Below, piece after piece: positions 1 through 12,324 of a DNA stretch of 64,000 bases (positions within the stretch are counted from its first letter, which is position 1; the number at the start of each line of letters is the position of its first letter). The position numbers and the translations under genes were made by a program. The stretch comes from Actinobacteria bacterium HGW-Actinobacteria-7 (GTDB lineage Bacteria > Actinomycetota > Coriobacteriia > Anaerosomatales > PHET01), in contig PHET01000002.1 of assembly GCA_002841275.1 (NCBI GenBank), positions 19,181-83,180 of the forward strand, written 5' to 3'. The notes under the pieces were generated by a model that ran no database searches, was not told the DNA's origin, and saw only the letters and a list, made by a program, of their open reading frames with translations.

Positions 1-2487
1 GACTTCAGTCTATCCAACCGGCTGAGAGCATGCGCTCTCATTCTGGCCACCGCGGTCGTGTTCGTGGCCACCCTCGTTTCGCCTTCTCCCGCGGTCGCTG
101 TTGATCCCCTGTTCACCTTCAACGGCGGTGGTTGGGGTCATGGGATTGGACTCAGCCAATACGGCGCGCAGGGTTACGCCCTCAAGGGCTGGGAATACGA
201 CGACATTCTCAAGCATTACTACCAGGGAACGAAGATTGTCACAAAGCCCGCAGCAACGGTGAAGGTTAACCTCGAAGACGGCGGCTCCGCCCGCAGCCAG
301 TGGCAGATCAAGGCCGGCTCGGTCACAACGTTAACCGTGGCACAGGAGACCAATACCAGCGTTCGCAAAGTCCTGGACAAGACCAAGTCCTACTGGATCA
401 CCACTGTCGGCGGGAACACCAAGGTCTGTGCAGATTCTGCAGGCAAGCCCGGCACCGTACTCCAGACCTTCTCGGGAGGATGCTACGCGACGGCAGGTGG
501 ATTCGTGCAGATGGTGGGCACCAGCGGTCCGCTGAACTACAGCGGTATCCGGTGGCGTGGCACGATCCATTTCAAGCCCTACACGACCACGACCTCAAAG
601 GCCGTCAACTACGTAAACATAGAGCAGTACCTCTATGGTGTCGTTCCGCGTGAGAGCCCGTCGTCATGGAGCTCGGAGGCGCTGAAGGCGCAGGCAGTGG
701 CGGCCCGATCCTACGCGTATCAAGACGCCATCGACGGCAACACCCTCTACTGCACTACCCGCTCCCAGATGTACAACGGCTACGCACGGCCAGGCTACAA
801 TCACGAAGCCTCGTCGACGAATGCGGCGGTAGATGCTACCAAGGGCGAACTGGTCTGGTACGGAACCGAGACCAAGCCGGTCAAGACGTATTTCTCGTCG
901 TGCTCGGGCGGGCATACCGCAAGCATCCAAGATGTCTGGACATCCTCGACCCCCAAGCCGTACTACACCGGCGTAGATGATGCCGATCAGGCGAGCCCCT
1001 ACTACACGTGGCGCAACGGTGCCTACTCGGCCGCCTACGTGGCCGACAAGATCCGCACACGCGACATCAACGGAGGCGGAGGACTTGAGTACTCGGTAGC
1101 AGCTCCTGCGGTCGTGACAAACATCACCACCGAGCGCGCCTCTTCGGGCTACACGCATCACCTCAGCGTGACATGGTCGAACGGCAAGACGTTCCGCATT
1201 CTCGGGGACACGATGCGTAGCGCGCTGGGCCTGAAGTCGACGAAGTTCGGGGTCTCGCGCACATATCCTGTACAGGCGACCACGCGCTTCCAGAACAGTG
1301 ATGCCAAGCTCGCGTGGTCGGGGTACTGGGTGACGCAGTCTCGTAGCGAGCTGTCCGGCGGCACACTCAGCTACTCGGCCATCTCTCGGTCAACAGCGAA
1401 AGCCTCGTTCAGCGGCACAGGCATAGCCTGGATCGGGACTCGCGGACCCAAGTTCGGCAAAGCCGCCGTGTATGTCGATGGCAAGTTGAACCGGACGGTC
1501 GACCTGTATTCCAAGACAACCGCCTACCGTCAGAGCGTGTTCAACGTCACGGCCCTCTCTCCTGGCACACACGTTATTGAGATCGTGGTTCTGCGTCAGA
1601 AGAACAGCGCTAGCGGCGGCTATCTGGTGGGAGTCGACGCCCTCGACGTGATCAACGGCAGTATGTCTCAGGCAACAGCGGAGTTGAAACGATTTGAAGA
1701 CACCGACACGACCTTCGCACTTCTGGGCCAGTGGAAGTCCTTCAGCAACATCGCGTATTCCGCCGGCAGGCATATCTACACCGTCGATCCTGGTGCGCGC
1801 TTCTATGCGACCTTCTATGGCTCGGAGGTTCGGTGGATCGGCAGTTCTTCTCCGAAGTATGGCTGGGCCCTTGTCAGTGTCGACGGAAGTGCCCCGCAGA
1901 AGATCGTGATCACCTCCAGCGCCTACGAGTACAAGAAGGTACTGTTCGCGAAGACTGGTCTGTCTCAGGGCAAGAAGCACACCATCATGATTGAGGCGCA
2001 TGGCTTCGATGAGGCTGTAGATATCAAGGGCTACACCGCAATCGATGCGATCGATGTGCGCGGCGGATGGGTACTCCGCGCAGTGATTCCTGAAGTGACC
2101 GTACAGGAAACCGACAGCGCGGCCACGTGGACCGGGACATGGAGCCAAGCGCGAAGCCGTCTCCTGTCGGGCGGGACACAGAAGTACTCGAAGATTGCGA
2201 GCTCAGAAATGGTGCTCACCTTCGAGGGCACCGGAATCCGACTGATGGGTAGACGGGCGCCATGGTATGGGCAGTCCAGAATCTACCTCGACGGCATCTA
2301 CCAGGGAACCGTAGACCAGTACTCCAGGTATCTCGCCGACCGAAGGACCCTGTGGAGGAGTCCTCAGGTCGCAGTAGGGCGACACGAATTGCGCATCGTG
2401 GTCAAAGGAACCAAGCAGAAGGCGTCCAGCGGAGTCGGCGTCGGGATTGACGCCTTCCGAGTCGCTGGCCGCGCCGTAAGGCCGTAG
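1..2487 (+). CDS. Secreted SpoIID/LytB-domain peptidoglycan lytic enzyme with three C-terminal beta-sandwich repeats (5'-truncated by window edge)
   Basis: Frame +1 is open from base 1 (DFSLSNRLRACALILATAVVFVATLVSPSPAVA, signal-peptide-like). SpoIID motifs GGGWGHGIGLSQYGA, EQYLYGVVPRE, EALKAQAVAARSY, SQMYNG, MRSALGLKST. Three ~125-aa repeats from ~1285. Confidence 0.85.
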   Translation, partial: DFSLSNRLRACALILATAVVFVATLVSPSPAVAVDPLFTFNGGGWGHGIGLSQYGAQGYALKGWEYDDILKHYYQGTKIVTKPAATVKVNLEDGGSARSQWQIKAGSVTTLTVAQETNTSVRKVLDKTKSYWITTVGGNTKVCADSAGKPGTVLQTFSGGCYATAGGFVQMVGTSGPLNYSGIRWRGTIHFKPYTTTTSKAVNYVNIEQYLYGVVPRESPSSWSSEALKAQAVAARSYAYQDAIDGNTLYCTTRSQMYNGYARPGYNHEASSTNAAVDATKGELVWYGTETKPVKTYFSSCSGGHTASIQDVWTSSTPKPYYTGVDDADQASPYYTWRNGAYSAAYVADKIRTRDINGGGGLEYSVAAPAVVTNITTERASSGYTHHLSVTWSNGKTFRILGDTMRSALGLKSTKFGVSRTYPVQATTRFQNSDAKLAWSGYWVTQSRSELSGGTLSYSAISRSTAKASFSGTGIAWIGTRGPKFGKAAVYVDGKLNRTVDLYSKTTAYRQSVFNVTALSPGTHVIEIVVLRQKNSASGGYLVGVDALDVINGSMSQATAELKRFEDTDTTFALLGQWKSFSNIAYSAGRHIYTVDPGARFYATFYGSEVRWIGSSSPKYGWALVSVDGSAPQKIVITSSAYEYKKVLFAKTGLSQGKKHTIMIEAHGFDEAVDIKGYTAIDAIDVRGGWVLRAVIPEVTVQETDSAATWTGTWSQARSRLLSGGTQKYSKIASSEMVLTFEGTGIRLMGRRAPWYGQSRIYLDGIYQGTVDQYSRYLADRRTLWRSPQVAVGRHELRIVVKGTKQKASSGVGVGIDAFRVAGRAVRP

Positions 2488-2490
2488 GGC

Positions 2491-4041
2491 CTACTGCGTC
2501 TGGATGGGCGCGACCGGGACGCGCGAGATGTCCCAGTCCTTGCCTACAACCACCAGTACGGTAGTGCCGAACGTGTACATCCCCCTGCTCTCGACGAGCT
2601 TCGAGCCTGGAGGAAGCATGCTCAACACGAGCTCAGCAGCGGCCTTATCCTTCTTGTAGATCACAAGGGTTTCCTTGTAGACGAACTGGTTCGCGTTGCC
2701 GACGTCGGTCACCTTGAAGGCTCTCGCCTTCAGAATGGATGCCGCCTGGTTGGCACATCCTACGATTCCCGCGCCATTGCGAACCGTGACCGTGACCTGC
2801 GATGGCTTCTTGACGGCCACGACGGCAACACCGGCACTCGTGGCAGCGGTCGACGACGCTTCTGCGGATGCCTTCGGCTTCGGCGTGAAGGGCTCGCCGG
2901 CCTCGAACTTGGTTATGATCTTCGTCATCCCGGCCTCATCGGGCCAGATGAACGGAGTACGCCACGTGCCCGGAAGCGTCGTAGTGTACACGTTGTCACT
3001 TCCGGCACCCTTCAGCGCCTGCGCCGTGCGCATCATCTCCATCAGCGACATGTCTGTGGAGATATGCGGGGCGGCAGTCGAGACGATTCGGGGAATCTTC
3101 GCGACGCTGGTCTTCGTGGCTATCTGCTCAGCGATCGCCTTTGCGAATCGCTGCTGGTTCTTCATGCGCGAGAAGTCCTGGTCGGCGAACTGGTGACGCG
3201 CCCTGACGAAGGTCAGTGCATGCGCGCCGTCGAGACGCTGGTACCCCGCATCGATATGCGAGGCCTTGTCGCCCTTGCTTCGGTCCGCCTCTGTATCGTT
3301 GATCTCGACCGGGACCTTCACCCACACGCCGTCCATCGCATCGACAACCTTCTCAAAGCCTGAGAAGTCGATAGCCATGAAGTGGTTGATTGGGACTCCC
3401 GTGAGCTTTTCGACACTGTCGATGGCCAGCTGCTCCTTGCCCAAGGCGTAGGCGCTGTTGATCTTCGCGTAGCCGTGTCCGGGGATCTGTGCTCGCATGT
3501 CTCTGGGTATAGAGATCATCCAGACCTGTTTGGTCTTCGGGTCGATGCGCGCCAGCATCATGCTGTCAGAGCGGTATGACGTCTCCTTCGGGCGCTTGTC
3601 CACACCCATTATCAGCAGATTGTAGGGCTCCTGCGGCTTGGCCTTCGCCAGATCCACGTTGAGACGTTCCTTGCGCACCACCGTACGCTGCATCGTCGAC
3701 TCGATATGCTTCGCGTACGCGTAGAGCGCGCCAGCAGCCACAACTACCACAAGAGCGAGTATCCCTGCCGACAGCGCCACAATGCGCTTGATTCGGCGGC
3801 TACGGCGCTCGCGCTCGATCCTCAGACGGGCAGGGGCCGCCTCGAGCGAACCTCTGCGGCGGGAACGAGCATCAGACAGCGTGACCCCGTCATCCGGCCC
3901 GCCGTAGGACTGCTCTTCGACGTTGGACGTCAAGGGGCGCTTGCCTGCGGTCCTGGACGGGACCCTGCGTCCCAGGGGACGAGGCGCGCCGGCTCTAGAG
4001 TCGTCGCCTGAACCCCTGCTTCGTGATGAATGCTTACCCAT
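2491..4041 (-). CDS. LCP (LytR-CpsA-Psr) family cell-wall glycopolymer ligase with LytR_C domain
   Basis: One TM helix; NLLIMGVD, RSDSMMLARID, SIPRD, KINSAY, ALTFVRAR, DFSRMKNQQ; C-terminal VTVRNGAGIVG...VVVGKDW. Confidence 0.92.
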   Translation of the reverse strand: MGKHSSRSRGSGDDSRAGAPRPLGRRVPSRTAGKRPLTSNVEEQSYGGPDDGVTLSDARSRRRGSLEAAPARLRIERERRSRRIKRIVALSAGILALVVVVAAGALYAYAKHIESTMQRTVVRKERLNVDLAKAKPQEPYNLLIMGVDKRPKETSYRSDSMMLARIDPKTKQVWMISIPRDMRAQIPGHGYAKINSAYALGKEQLAIDSVEKLTGVPINHFMAIDFSGFEKVVDAMDGVWVKVPVEINDTEADRSKGDKASHIDAGYQRLDGAHALTFVRARHQFADQDFSRMKNQQRFAKAIAEQIATKTSVAKIPRIVSTAAPHISTDMSLMEMMRTAQALKGAGSDNVYTTTLPGTWRTPFIWPDEAGMTKIITKFEAGEPFTPKPKASAEASSTAATSAGVAVVAVKKPSQVTVTVRNGAGIVGCANQAASILKARAFKVTDVGNANQFVYKETLVIYKKDKAAAELVLSMLPPGSKLVESRGMYTFGTTVLVVVGKDWDISRVPVAPIQTQ

Positions 4042-4127
4042 GACCCTCCGTACTGAGTTGATGTTCCTCGGTGACTTCAGCAGGTACCGTGCCCTCAGGG
4101 CACGTCTGCATCAGCCTCGCACAATCG

Positions 4128-5426
4128 TCACAACCGAATGATCGTGTTCTCCGTACGGCCCTTGAGCACGTTTCGCGTGTCGAGTATCAACCCTGCCGAG
4201 GAGACCACGATGTCGTAGTCCACATTCGAGTGCCCCGTGATGATGACAGCGATGTCGGCACCTGAGCATACTTCTGTTGTCAGATCGACACGTGGAACGC
4301 TCAGCCCATCGACGGCGAATTCGTCGACGTAGGGGTCGTGGTACACCACGTTGGCACCCTTCTCCCGGAGAAGACAGACCACCTTGATCGCGGGGCTCTC
4401 ACGCAAGTCGTCGATATCGCTCTTGTACGCCACGCCCATGACCAGCACCGTACTACCCGAAAGTGCCTTGCCGTGGGTATTCAGCGCCGTCATCAGGCGT
4501 TCAACGACGTGATACGGCATGCCTTCGTTGACCTTCCCGGCGAGCTCTATGAACTCGGTATGGAAATCGAACTCGCGCGCCTTCCACGAGAGATAGAACG
4601 GATCGATAGGAATGCAGTGCCCGCCAAGCCCCGGGCCAGGATAGAACGGCATGAAGCCGAATGGCTTGGTCTTGGCGGCGTCAACAACCTCCCAGATATC
4701 GATATCCATCCGATCGCACAGTACCAACAGCTCGTTGACGAGCGCGATATTCACGCAGCGGAAGATGTTCTCCAGCAGCTTGCTCATCTCGGCGGCCCGC
4801 GTCGAGGAAACCGGCACAATCGTCTCAAGGAACGCCCCATAGAACGCGACTGCGACCTCGGTGCACCGCGGAGTAACCCCACCAACGACCTTGGGGGTGT
4901 TCTGCGTGGCATACACCGGGTTGCCCGGATCGACGCGCTCTGGTGAGAATGCCAGATGGATGTCAATACCTACCTTGTGCCCCGCGCTCTCCAGAATCGG
5001 CTGCACAATCTCCTCGGTGGTCCCCGGATAGGTGGTGGATTCCAGAGTGACCAAGGTCCCAGCGGTGATGTGCGGAGCGATTGACTCGGTTGCGGCGACC
5101 ATAAAGGAGACGTTGGGCTCCTTCATCCGGTCCAACGGCGTGGGCACACAGATTGCGATGGCGTCACATTCTGAAGCACGAGAGAAGTCGGTCGTAGCCT
5201 CGATCAGCCCGGCATCGACCAGTCCAGATAGGATGCCGCTGTCGACGTCAGGTATGTAGCTTCTGCCGGCGTTGACTTCGACCGTCTTCTCTTCACTGAT
5301 CTCAAGACCAATAACGTGGTGGCCCGACCGAGCCATCTCGATGGCCAGTGGCAGACCCACGTAGCCCAAGCCTACGATGCCCCAGACCGCCCCGTCCTCG
5401 GCCACTCGCTCTACTTGTCCCACCAC
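4128..5426 (-). CDS. UDP-N-acetyl-hexosamine (nucleotide sugar) dehydrogenase, WecC/WbpA family
   Basis: GLGYVGLP Rossmann motif, CVPTP, ESTTYPGTT, SPERVDPG, GLGGHCIPIDP, DLRESPA. GTG start chosen after GAGAGGGGG RBS. Confidence 0.9.
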   Translation of the reverse strand: MVGQVERVAEDGAVWGIVGLGYVGLPLAIEMARSGHHVIGLEISEEKTVEVNAGRSYIPDVDSGILSGLVDAGLIEATTDFSRASECDAIAICVPTPLDRMKEPNVSFMVAATESIAPHITAGTLVTLESTTYPGTTEEIVQPILESAGHKVGIDIHLAFSPERVDPGNPVYATQNTPKVVGGVTPRCTEVAVAFYGAFLETIVPVSSTRAAEMSKLLENIFRCVNIALVNELLVLCDRMDIDIWEVVDAAKTKPFGFMPFYPGPGLGGHCIPIDPFYLSWKAREFDFHTEFIELAGKVNEGMPYHVVERLMTALNTHGKALSGSTVLVMGVAYKSDIDDLRESPAIKVVCLLREKGANVVYHDPYVDEFAVDGLSVPRVDLTTEVCSGADIAVIITGHSNVDYDIVVSSAGLILDTRNVLKGRTENTIIRL

Positions 5427-5521
5427 TCGGCCCCCTCTCGAAAATGCACCCATGCGAACAATCGACCGATTCTACCCCAGCCGCCAGATCATCGGCCCCC
5501 AGGTCGGTGGGGACGGAACTC

Positions 5522-5944
5522 CTACTTCACCGCGAACATGAGCTCACCGCTGCATGCGAGTTCACCGTCAACACTCGCGCTCGCCTCTCCCCAGCCGATT
5601 GGTCCGCGCGAACGTGTTATTCGGCACTCAAGCCGCAGCTCATCGCCCGGAACAACCTGCCGCTTGAAGCGTACCTTGTCGATACCGGCAAAGAACGCCA
5701 ACTTGCCCTGATTCTCCGGCAGCGACAGCAGCGCCACTGCGCCCACCTGCGCCAGAGCCTCGACGACAAGTACTCCGGGCATGACCGGATACTCGGGGAA
5801 GTGACCCTGGACCCAGAACATGTCTTCTCGGACGTCCAAATAGCCCACGGCGCTTTCGCCGGCAACGTAGTGCTCAACCCGATCAACCAGCAGAAACGGA
5901 TAGCGATGCGGGATGATCGATTCAATGGCTTCCCGGTCGAGCAT
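5522..5944 (-). CDS. fabZ: 3-hydroxyacyl-ACP dehydratase FabZ
   Basis: [40 protein letters not shown]. Confidence 0.96.
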   Translation of the reverse strand: MLDREAIESIIPHRYPFLLVDRVEHYVAGESAVGYLDVREDMFWVQGHFPEYPVMPGVLVVEALAQVGAVALLSLPENQGKLAFFAGIDKVRFKRQVVPGDELRLECRITRSRGPIGWGEASASVDGELACSGELMFAVK

Positions 5945-6000
5945 CTGAACCCCTCTCGTAGCGCAGGACGTGTCATGCGGATGAGCGGCGGCGGGGTCTC

Positions 6001-7257
6001 TTATGACTCGCGGCGAACGTCCGCGCCCAACGCAGCAAGTTTGTCACAGAACCGGTCGTAGCCGCGATCGATGTGGAAGATGTCACCCACGCGGGTCTCT
6101 CCCTCAGCGGCCAATGCAGCGAGCACCAGTGCGGCACCACCGCGCAGATCGGTACTCCGAACGGGAGCTCCGGAGAGTGACGGGACCCCCTTTACCAACG
6201 CGTGATGGCCCTCGATGCGCACGTCGGCGCCCATCCGCATGAGCTCATCGGCGAACATGAAGCGGTTCTCGAAGACATTCTCGGTGATGATAGAGTTCCC
6301 GTTCGCGAGCGCAAGCATCGCCATGAACTGGGCCTGCATGTCCGTGGGAAAGCCGGGGTACGGCAGTGTCTGGATGTCGATGGCACGCACCGGGCCGTCA
6401 CGCCGAACCGTGACCCAATCGTCGCCTACCTCGACCTCGGATCCTGCCGCCTCCAGTTTGGTGACGACGATCTCGAGGTGTATCGGGTCGAATCCGCGTA
6501 CAGTGACAGGGCCTCCCGTGATCGCTCCAGCGACCAGGTACGTGCCCGCCTCAACGCGGTCCCCTATGACAGTGTGGTCGGCAGGATGAAGCTCGGAGAC
6601 GCCAGTGACGGTCACCGTAGAAGTCCCGCCACCTCTGATGTCAGCGCCCATGGCTCCGAGATAGTTGATCAAGTCGACGATCTCAGGCTCCCGTGCAGCG
6701 TTCTCGATGACGGTCTCACCAGTAACAAGCACAGAGGCCATGAGCAGGTTCTCGGTCGCTCCGACACTGGGAAAATCGAGCGTTACCTGCGCAGGGCTCA
6801 GCCCCTCCGCTGGAACGGTGACGTCTATCGAGCCGTGACCGAAGTGCACCTCGGCGCCCAGGGCCTCCAGACCCCTCAGGTGCATGTCGATCTTTCGAGA
6901 ACCGATGTTGCACCCCCCGGGCATGGCCACGACCGCCTCGCCAAGCCGGGTGATCAAGGGGCCGAGTACGGCGGTCGATGCCCGCATCTGTGCAACGAAT
7001 TCGTAGGGTGCCTCGTGACTCGTGAGCTCGGAGGCGTCGATCTCGAGAACGTCGCCGTCTCGGGACACGTGTGCGCCCAGCGCCTGGAGCACCTGCGACA
7101 TGACCTCGACATCAGCGATGTGCGGCACATTGCGCAGACGCGAGACGCCTGGGGCCATGAGCGAAGCAGCCATGAGTTTAAGGGCGGAGTTCTTGGCGCC
7201 GGATACGCTGACCTCGCCGGTCAGCCGCGCGCCCCCGCAAACGATTATGGATTCCAT
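6001..7257 (-). CDS. murA: UDP-N-acetylglucosamine 1-carboxyvinyltransferase
   Basis: [16 protein letters not shown] (catalytic Cys), [23 protein letters not shown]. Start re-set to MESIIV (418 aa); the ORF-track extension overlaps atpC. Confidence 0.96.
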   Translation of the reverse strand: MESIIVCGGARLTGEVSVSGAKNSALKLMAASLMAPGVSRLRNVPHIADVEVMSQVLQALGAHVSRDGDVLEIDASELTSHEAPYEFVAQMRASTAVLGPLITRLGEAVVAMPGGCNIGSRKIDMHLRGLEALGAEVHFGHGSIDVTVPAEGLSPAQVTLDFPSVGATENLLMASVLVTGETVIENAAREPEIVDLINYLGAMGADIRGGGTSTVTVTGVSELHPADHTVIGDRVEAGTYLVAGAITGGPVTVRGFDPIHLEIVVTKLEAAGSEVEVGDDWVTVRRDGPVRAIDIQTLPYPGFPTDMQAQFMAMLALANGNSIITENVFENRFMFADELMRMGADVRIEGHHALVKGVPSLSGAPVRSTDLRGGAALVLAALAAEGETRVGDIFHIDRGYDRFCDKLAALGADVRRES

Positions 7258-7357
7258 GCTGCCGAGAATACCGCATGCACGGCGTCCGCACCGACCCCGT
7301 AACGCTTCCGTGAACAGTGAGCTATGCGCAGGTGACCCATCAGGGGTCCAAACGCAT

Positions 7358-7389
7358 CGAAGCGGGCCCGTTTGCTCGGGCCCGCTTCG
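7358..7389 (-). terminator. GC-rich hairpin after atpC (probable end of atp operon)
   Basis: cgaagcgggcccg-tttgct-cgggcccgcttcg, a perfect 13-bp stem; weak U-tract. Confidence 0.6.
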
Positions 7390-7411
7390 CAAAGCGTCAT
7401 GATGAGAGCGC

Positions 7412-7837
7412 TTACGCGCCGCGCTTCTCGGCGGTCTTGAGCTGCGTCTCGGCCCAGCTGAGATCCCGGAGGAACTCCTGGCGCTCGTCTTCCGAATCAG
7501 GGGGCAGCTCAGCGAGAAGCTCCTTGACGCGGTCGACAGACTCCTTCGCCCGCTGCATGTCAATCTGGGACACGGCGATCGCGTCATCGGCGAGCACGAT
7601 CACCTTGTCCTCGTGAACCTGCAGATACCCGCCGGAGATCGAGAAGAACTCCCACTCGCTGGCAGAGTCACCGAACTGCAGTCGCACCTCGCCGGGAGCC
7701 AGCTGCGTGACCAGCGGAGCGTGGAGGGGAAGAATGCCCACCTCGCCGCCCAGCGTGGTCGCAACGACCATCCTGACTTCGCTTGTATAGAGAATGCGCT
7801 CTGGCGTGACGATCTCACACAGGAGAGTGCGTGCCAT
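7412..7837 (-). CDS. atpC: ATP synthase F1 epsilon
   Basis: EIVTPER, GEVGILPLHAP, SGGYLQV; last gene of atp operon. Confidence 0.95.
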   Translation of the reverse strand: MARTLLCEIVTPERILYTSEVRMVVATTLGGEVGILPLHAPLVTQLAPGEVRLQFGDSASEWEFFSISGGYLQVHEDKVIVLADDAIAVSQIDMQRAKESVDRVKELLAELPPDSEDERQEFLRDLSWAETQLKTAEKRGA

Positions 7838-7851
7838 AACTTGTGCTCTCC

Positions 7852-9282
<1,431 letters not shown>

Positions 9283-10179
9283 CTAAGCTTGGTCCTCCAG
9301 CGCTGCCGCGCCGCCTACGATCTCAGCGATCTCGGTGGTGATCGCTGCCTGCCGTGCACGGTTGTAGCTGCGAGTGAGCGTGGAGATCATCTCGGTCGCA
9401 TTATCGGTCGCCGACTTCATAGCCGTGCGGCGCGCCCCGTGCTCAGACGCGGCTGACTCCAACAAAGACCGGTAGATCAGCGCCTCGACGTAGGTCGGGA
9501 GCAGGCTCGCCAGAACAGATTCGCTCGTTGGCTCGAAGAAGTACTCGAGATTGCGCCCCCTGGCCTCCACGTCGGCTTCGGCATCAGTGAGTACCGAGTG
9601 CTCGATGGGAAGCAGTTGGTGCGATTCGGGCTTCTGCTCCGCGAGGTTCTTGAATCGGTTGAACAGCAGATACACGGCGTCAATCGAACAATCCCCGTAC
9701 TGGTCCATCACGCGGACAGCCAGTTGGCGGGCGTGCTCGTAGGTCGGCTTGTCCGACATACCTGCGAGAGTCATCGCCGGCTCGATGCCGCGATATCTGA
9801 AGTACCCGGCGGCCTTCTTACCGACGGTAACCAGCTCGACCTCGACACCCTGGTCGGTGAACTCGCGCATCATGCGCTCGGTCATCCGGATGATGTTGCT
9901 GTTGAACGCGCCCGCCAGACCGCGGTCTGACGTGACGGCCAACAACACGATCCGGGAGCGTTCCTCGCGCACTTCAAGCAAAGGATGCGTGACATCGCTC
10001 ACGTTCTTGACCACATTGCCAAGGACCTCGGAGATCGCCAGCGCATACGGGCGAGCGTTCTCGATGCGTGCCTGTGCTTTGCGGATCTTCGCGGTTGAGA
10101 CCATCTCCATGGTACGAGTGATCTGCCGCGTCGAATGGACGCTCGTGATCCGGTTCTTGATGTCTCGAAGCGTCGCCAT
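9283..10179 (-). CDS. atpG: ATP synthase F1 gamma
   Basis: QITRTMEMVS, SDRGLAGAFN, YNRARQAAITTEIAEIVGGA. Confidence 0.97.
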   Translation of the reverse strand: MATLRDIKNRITSVHSTRQITRTMEMVSTAKIRKAQARIENARPYALAISEVLGNVVKNVSDVTHPLLEVREERSRIVLLAVTSDRGLAGAFNSNIIRMTERMMREFTDQGVEVELVTVGKKAAGYFRYRGIEPAMTLAGMSDKPTYEHARQLAVRVMDQYGDCSIDAVYLLFNRFKNLAEQKPESHQLLPIEHSVLTDAEADVEARGRNLEYFFEPTSESVLASLLPTYVEALIYRSLLESAASEHGARRTAMKSATDNATEMISTLTRSYNRARQAAITTEIAEIVGGAAALEDQA

Positions 10180-10185
10180 ACCTGA

Positions 10186-11754
10186 CTACCCCTCGCTCGA
10201 GACGAAGATCGGCTTGTACTCATCCAAAGCCGCGGAGAGCTTGGCCTTGATCTCGTCGGAAAGCTTGGCCTCGTCACGAATAGCGGCGGGGATGTCAGCA
10301 TGCGAGCCTGTCACATACTCGACGAACCCGTCACGGAACGGAACGACGTTGGCAGTCTCCAGATCGTCGAGGTAGCCCTCGGCGCCGGCGAACAGCGCCA
10401 TGACCTGATTCTCGACCGGCATGGGAGCGCGAATACCCTGCTTCAGAAGCTCGACGAGACGCACACCGCGGTTCAACTGAGCCTGAGTGGCTTTGTCGAG
10501 ATCAGAACCGAACTGCGCAAACGCCTCAAGTGATCGGAACGACGCCAAGTCGAGGCGAAGTGTTCCGGCCACCTGCTTCATGGCCTTCACCTGCGCGTTA
10601 CCGCCGACTCGGGAGACCGAGATACCGACGTTGATGGCGGGGCGAACGCCCTTGTAGAACAGATCGGCGGTCAGGAAGATCTGACCATCGGTAATCGAGA
10701 TGACGTTGGTCGGGATATAGGCCGACACGTCACCTGCCTGAGTTTCGATGACCGGCAGCGCCGTCATCGAACCGCCGCCGAGTTCGTCGTTCATCTTGAC
10801 CGCGCGCTCAAGCAAACGGCTGTGCAGGTAGAAGACGTCACCCGGATAGGCCTCGCGCCCAGGAGGACGGCGCAGCGTGAGGGACATCTGACGATACGCG
10901 ACGGCCTGCTTTGACAGGTCGTCGTAGATGCACAGTGTGGCGTGACCGGGGTTGTCCTTGTTCGCAGGCTTGCCGTCGGCGCCGTTGTACATGAAGTACT
11001 CGGCAATGGCGGCACCCGAGAAGGGAGCGAGATACTGAAGCGGCGCGGCATCAGAGGCTGTTGCCGATACGATGATGGTGTAATCCATCGCGCCGTACGC
11101 TGCCAGCGTCTCGACAACACCTGCGACCGTCGAAGCCTTCTGGCCAATGGCGACGTAAACGCAGATGACGCCCTTGCCCTTCTGGTTGATGATCGTGTCG
11201 ATCGCAATCGCGGTCTTGCCGGTCTGGCGGTCGCCGATGATCAGCTCTCGCTGACCACGACCGATGGGCACCATCGCGTCGATGGCCATGATGCCTGTCT
11301 GGAGCGGCTCTGTGACCGGCTGGCGCTCGACAACGCCGATCGCCTTGTGCTCAACGTTGCGGTACCCATCAGCCTCTATGGGACCCTTGCCGTCGAGTGG
11401 ATCGCCAAGCGGGCTGACGATGCGGCCCAGGAAGTTCTTGCCCGAGGGAACACGGACGATACTTCCGGTTGTCTTGACGGTATCGTTCTCTTTGACCTTG
11501 GTGAACTCGCCCAGGAGTACGGCGCCTACCTCGCGCTCGTCGAGGTTGAGTGCCATGCCCATGACTGTGGAGCCGTCAGAGCAAGCGAATTCGAGCAGCT
11601 CGCCTGCCATGGCTCCACGCAGACCTTCTACACGAGCGATACCGTCGCCTACTTCGGCAACCGTACCGACCTCGCGGGCCTCGACGCTGGTCGAAATCGC
11701 ATCTAGCTGCGATCTCAGGACCGCATCGATTGAACCGGCGGTGATCTCCGCCAT
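10186..11754 (-). CDS. atpA: ATP synthase F1 alpha
   Basis: [31 protein letters not shown]. Confidence 0.98.
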   Translation of the reverse strand: MAEITAGSIDAVLRSQLDAISTSVEAREVGTVAEVGDGIARVEGLRGAMAGELLEFACSDGSTVMGMALNLDEREVGAVLLGEFTKVKENDTVKTTGSIVRVPSGKNFLGRIVSPLGDPLDGKGPIEADGYRNVEHKAIGVVERQPVTEPLQTGIMAIDAMVPIGRGQRELIIGDRQTGKTAIAIDTIINQKGKGVICVYVAIGQKASTVAGVVETLAAYGAMDYTIIVSATASDAAPLQYLAPFSGAAIAEYFMYNGADGKPANKDNPGHATLCIYDDLSKQAVAYRQMSLTLRRPPGREAYPGDVFYLHSRLLERAVKMNDELGGGSMTALPVIETQAGDVSAYIPTNVISITDGQIFLTADLFYKGVRPAINVGISVSRVGGNAQVKAMKQVAGTLRLDLASFRSLEAFAQFGSDLDKATQAQLNRGVRLVELLKQGIRAPMPVENQVMALFAGAEGYLDDLETANVVPFRDGFVEYVTGSHADIPAAIRDEAKLSDEIKAKLSAALDEYKPIFVSSEG

Positions 11755-12324
11755 CTACACATCACCTCCAGTGTGTGCGGTCGAGAGTGTGACACGCGCG
11801 GCTTCGAGCTGAGATGCGATGCTCGCATCCAGACGGCGGCCGCTCGCGCTGATTACTACTCCACCGATAATGGAGGCGTCGATCTTCTCGCGAAGGACGA
11901 CGGCCTTGCCGAAATCGGCAGACAATTTGGCCTTGATGGCATCACGTAGTACATCCGTGAGTTCGACAACGGTGGTGACTTCGACTGCAACGGTGTCGCG
12001 CCGTGCCTCCGCTACCCGTCCGTAGCCCTCGACAATGCTCGAGAGCAGCTCCATCTCACCGCGCTCGGCCATCACTGCCAGTGTCGCCACGAGTGCCGGA
12101 TGCATCGAAGCAAATACCTCGCGCACTACGCTGGCGCGGACAGCAGCAGGAGCCAACTCCCCAACGACCGCATCCCGAAGCTCTGCATGGCCTCGGATCG
12201 TGCGCAGCGCATCTTCGAGCTGACCGCCCACGATGTCGACAGCTGCGTCTGAGCTGGCGGCCTCAAACAGCGCCTCCGCGTACGTCGCAACAATCTGCTT
12301 CGAAAGCGCCCGGCTAATTCTCAT
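11755..12324 (-). CDS. atpH: ATP synthase F1 delta
   Basis: YAEALF N-terminal motif, IDASIIGGVVI, DASIASQL; operon position. Confidence 0.92.
   Translation of the reverse strand: MRISRALSKQIVATYAEALFEAASSDAAVDIVGGQLEDALRTIRGHAELRDAVVGELAPAAVRASVVREVFASMHPALVATLAVMAERGEMELLSSIVEGYGRVAEARRDTVAVEVTTVVELTDVLRDAIKAKLSADFGKAVVLREKIDASIIGGVVISASGRRLDASIASQLEAARVTLSTAHTGGDV

Noticed and set aside
6001-7587. Long N-terminal extensions in the ORF track (murA, dCMP deaminase, thyX, rpmE, pgk2, argS, nuoA/B/C/K, holB, fumarase beta, HD, STAS)
   Set aside because: They overlap neighbouring genes or terminators. Downstream starts with RBSs match family N-termini, so coordinates were trimmed.
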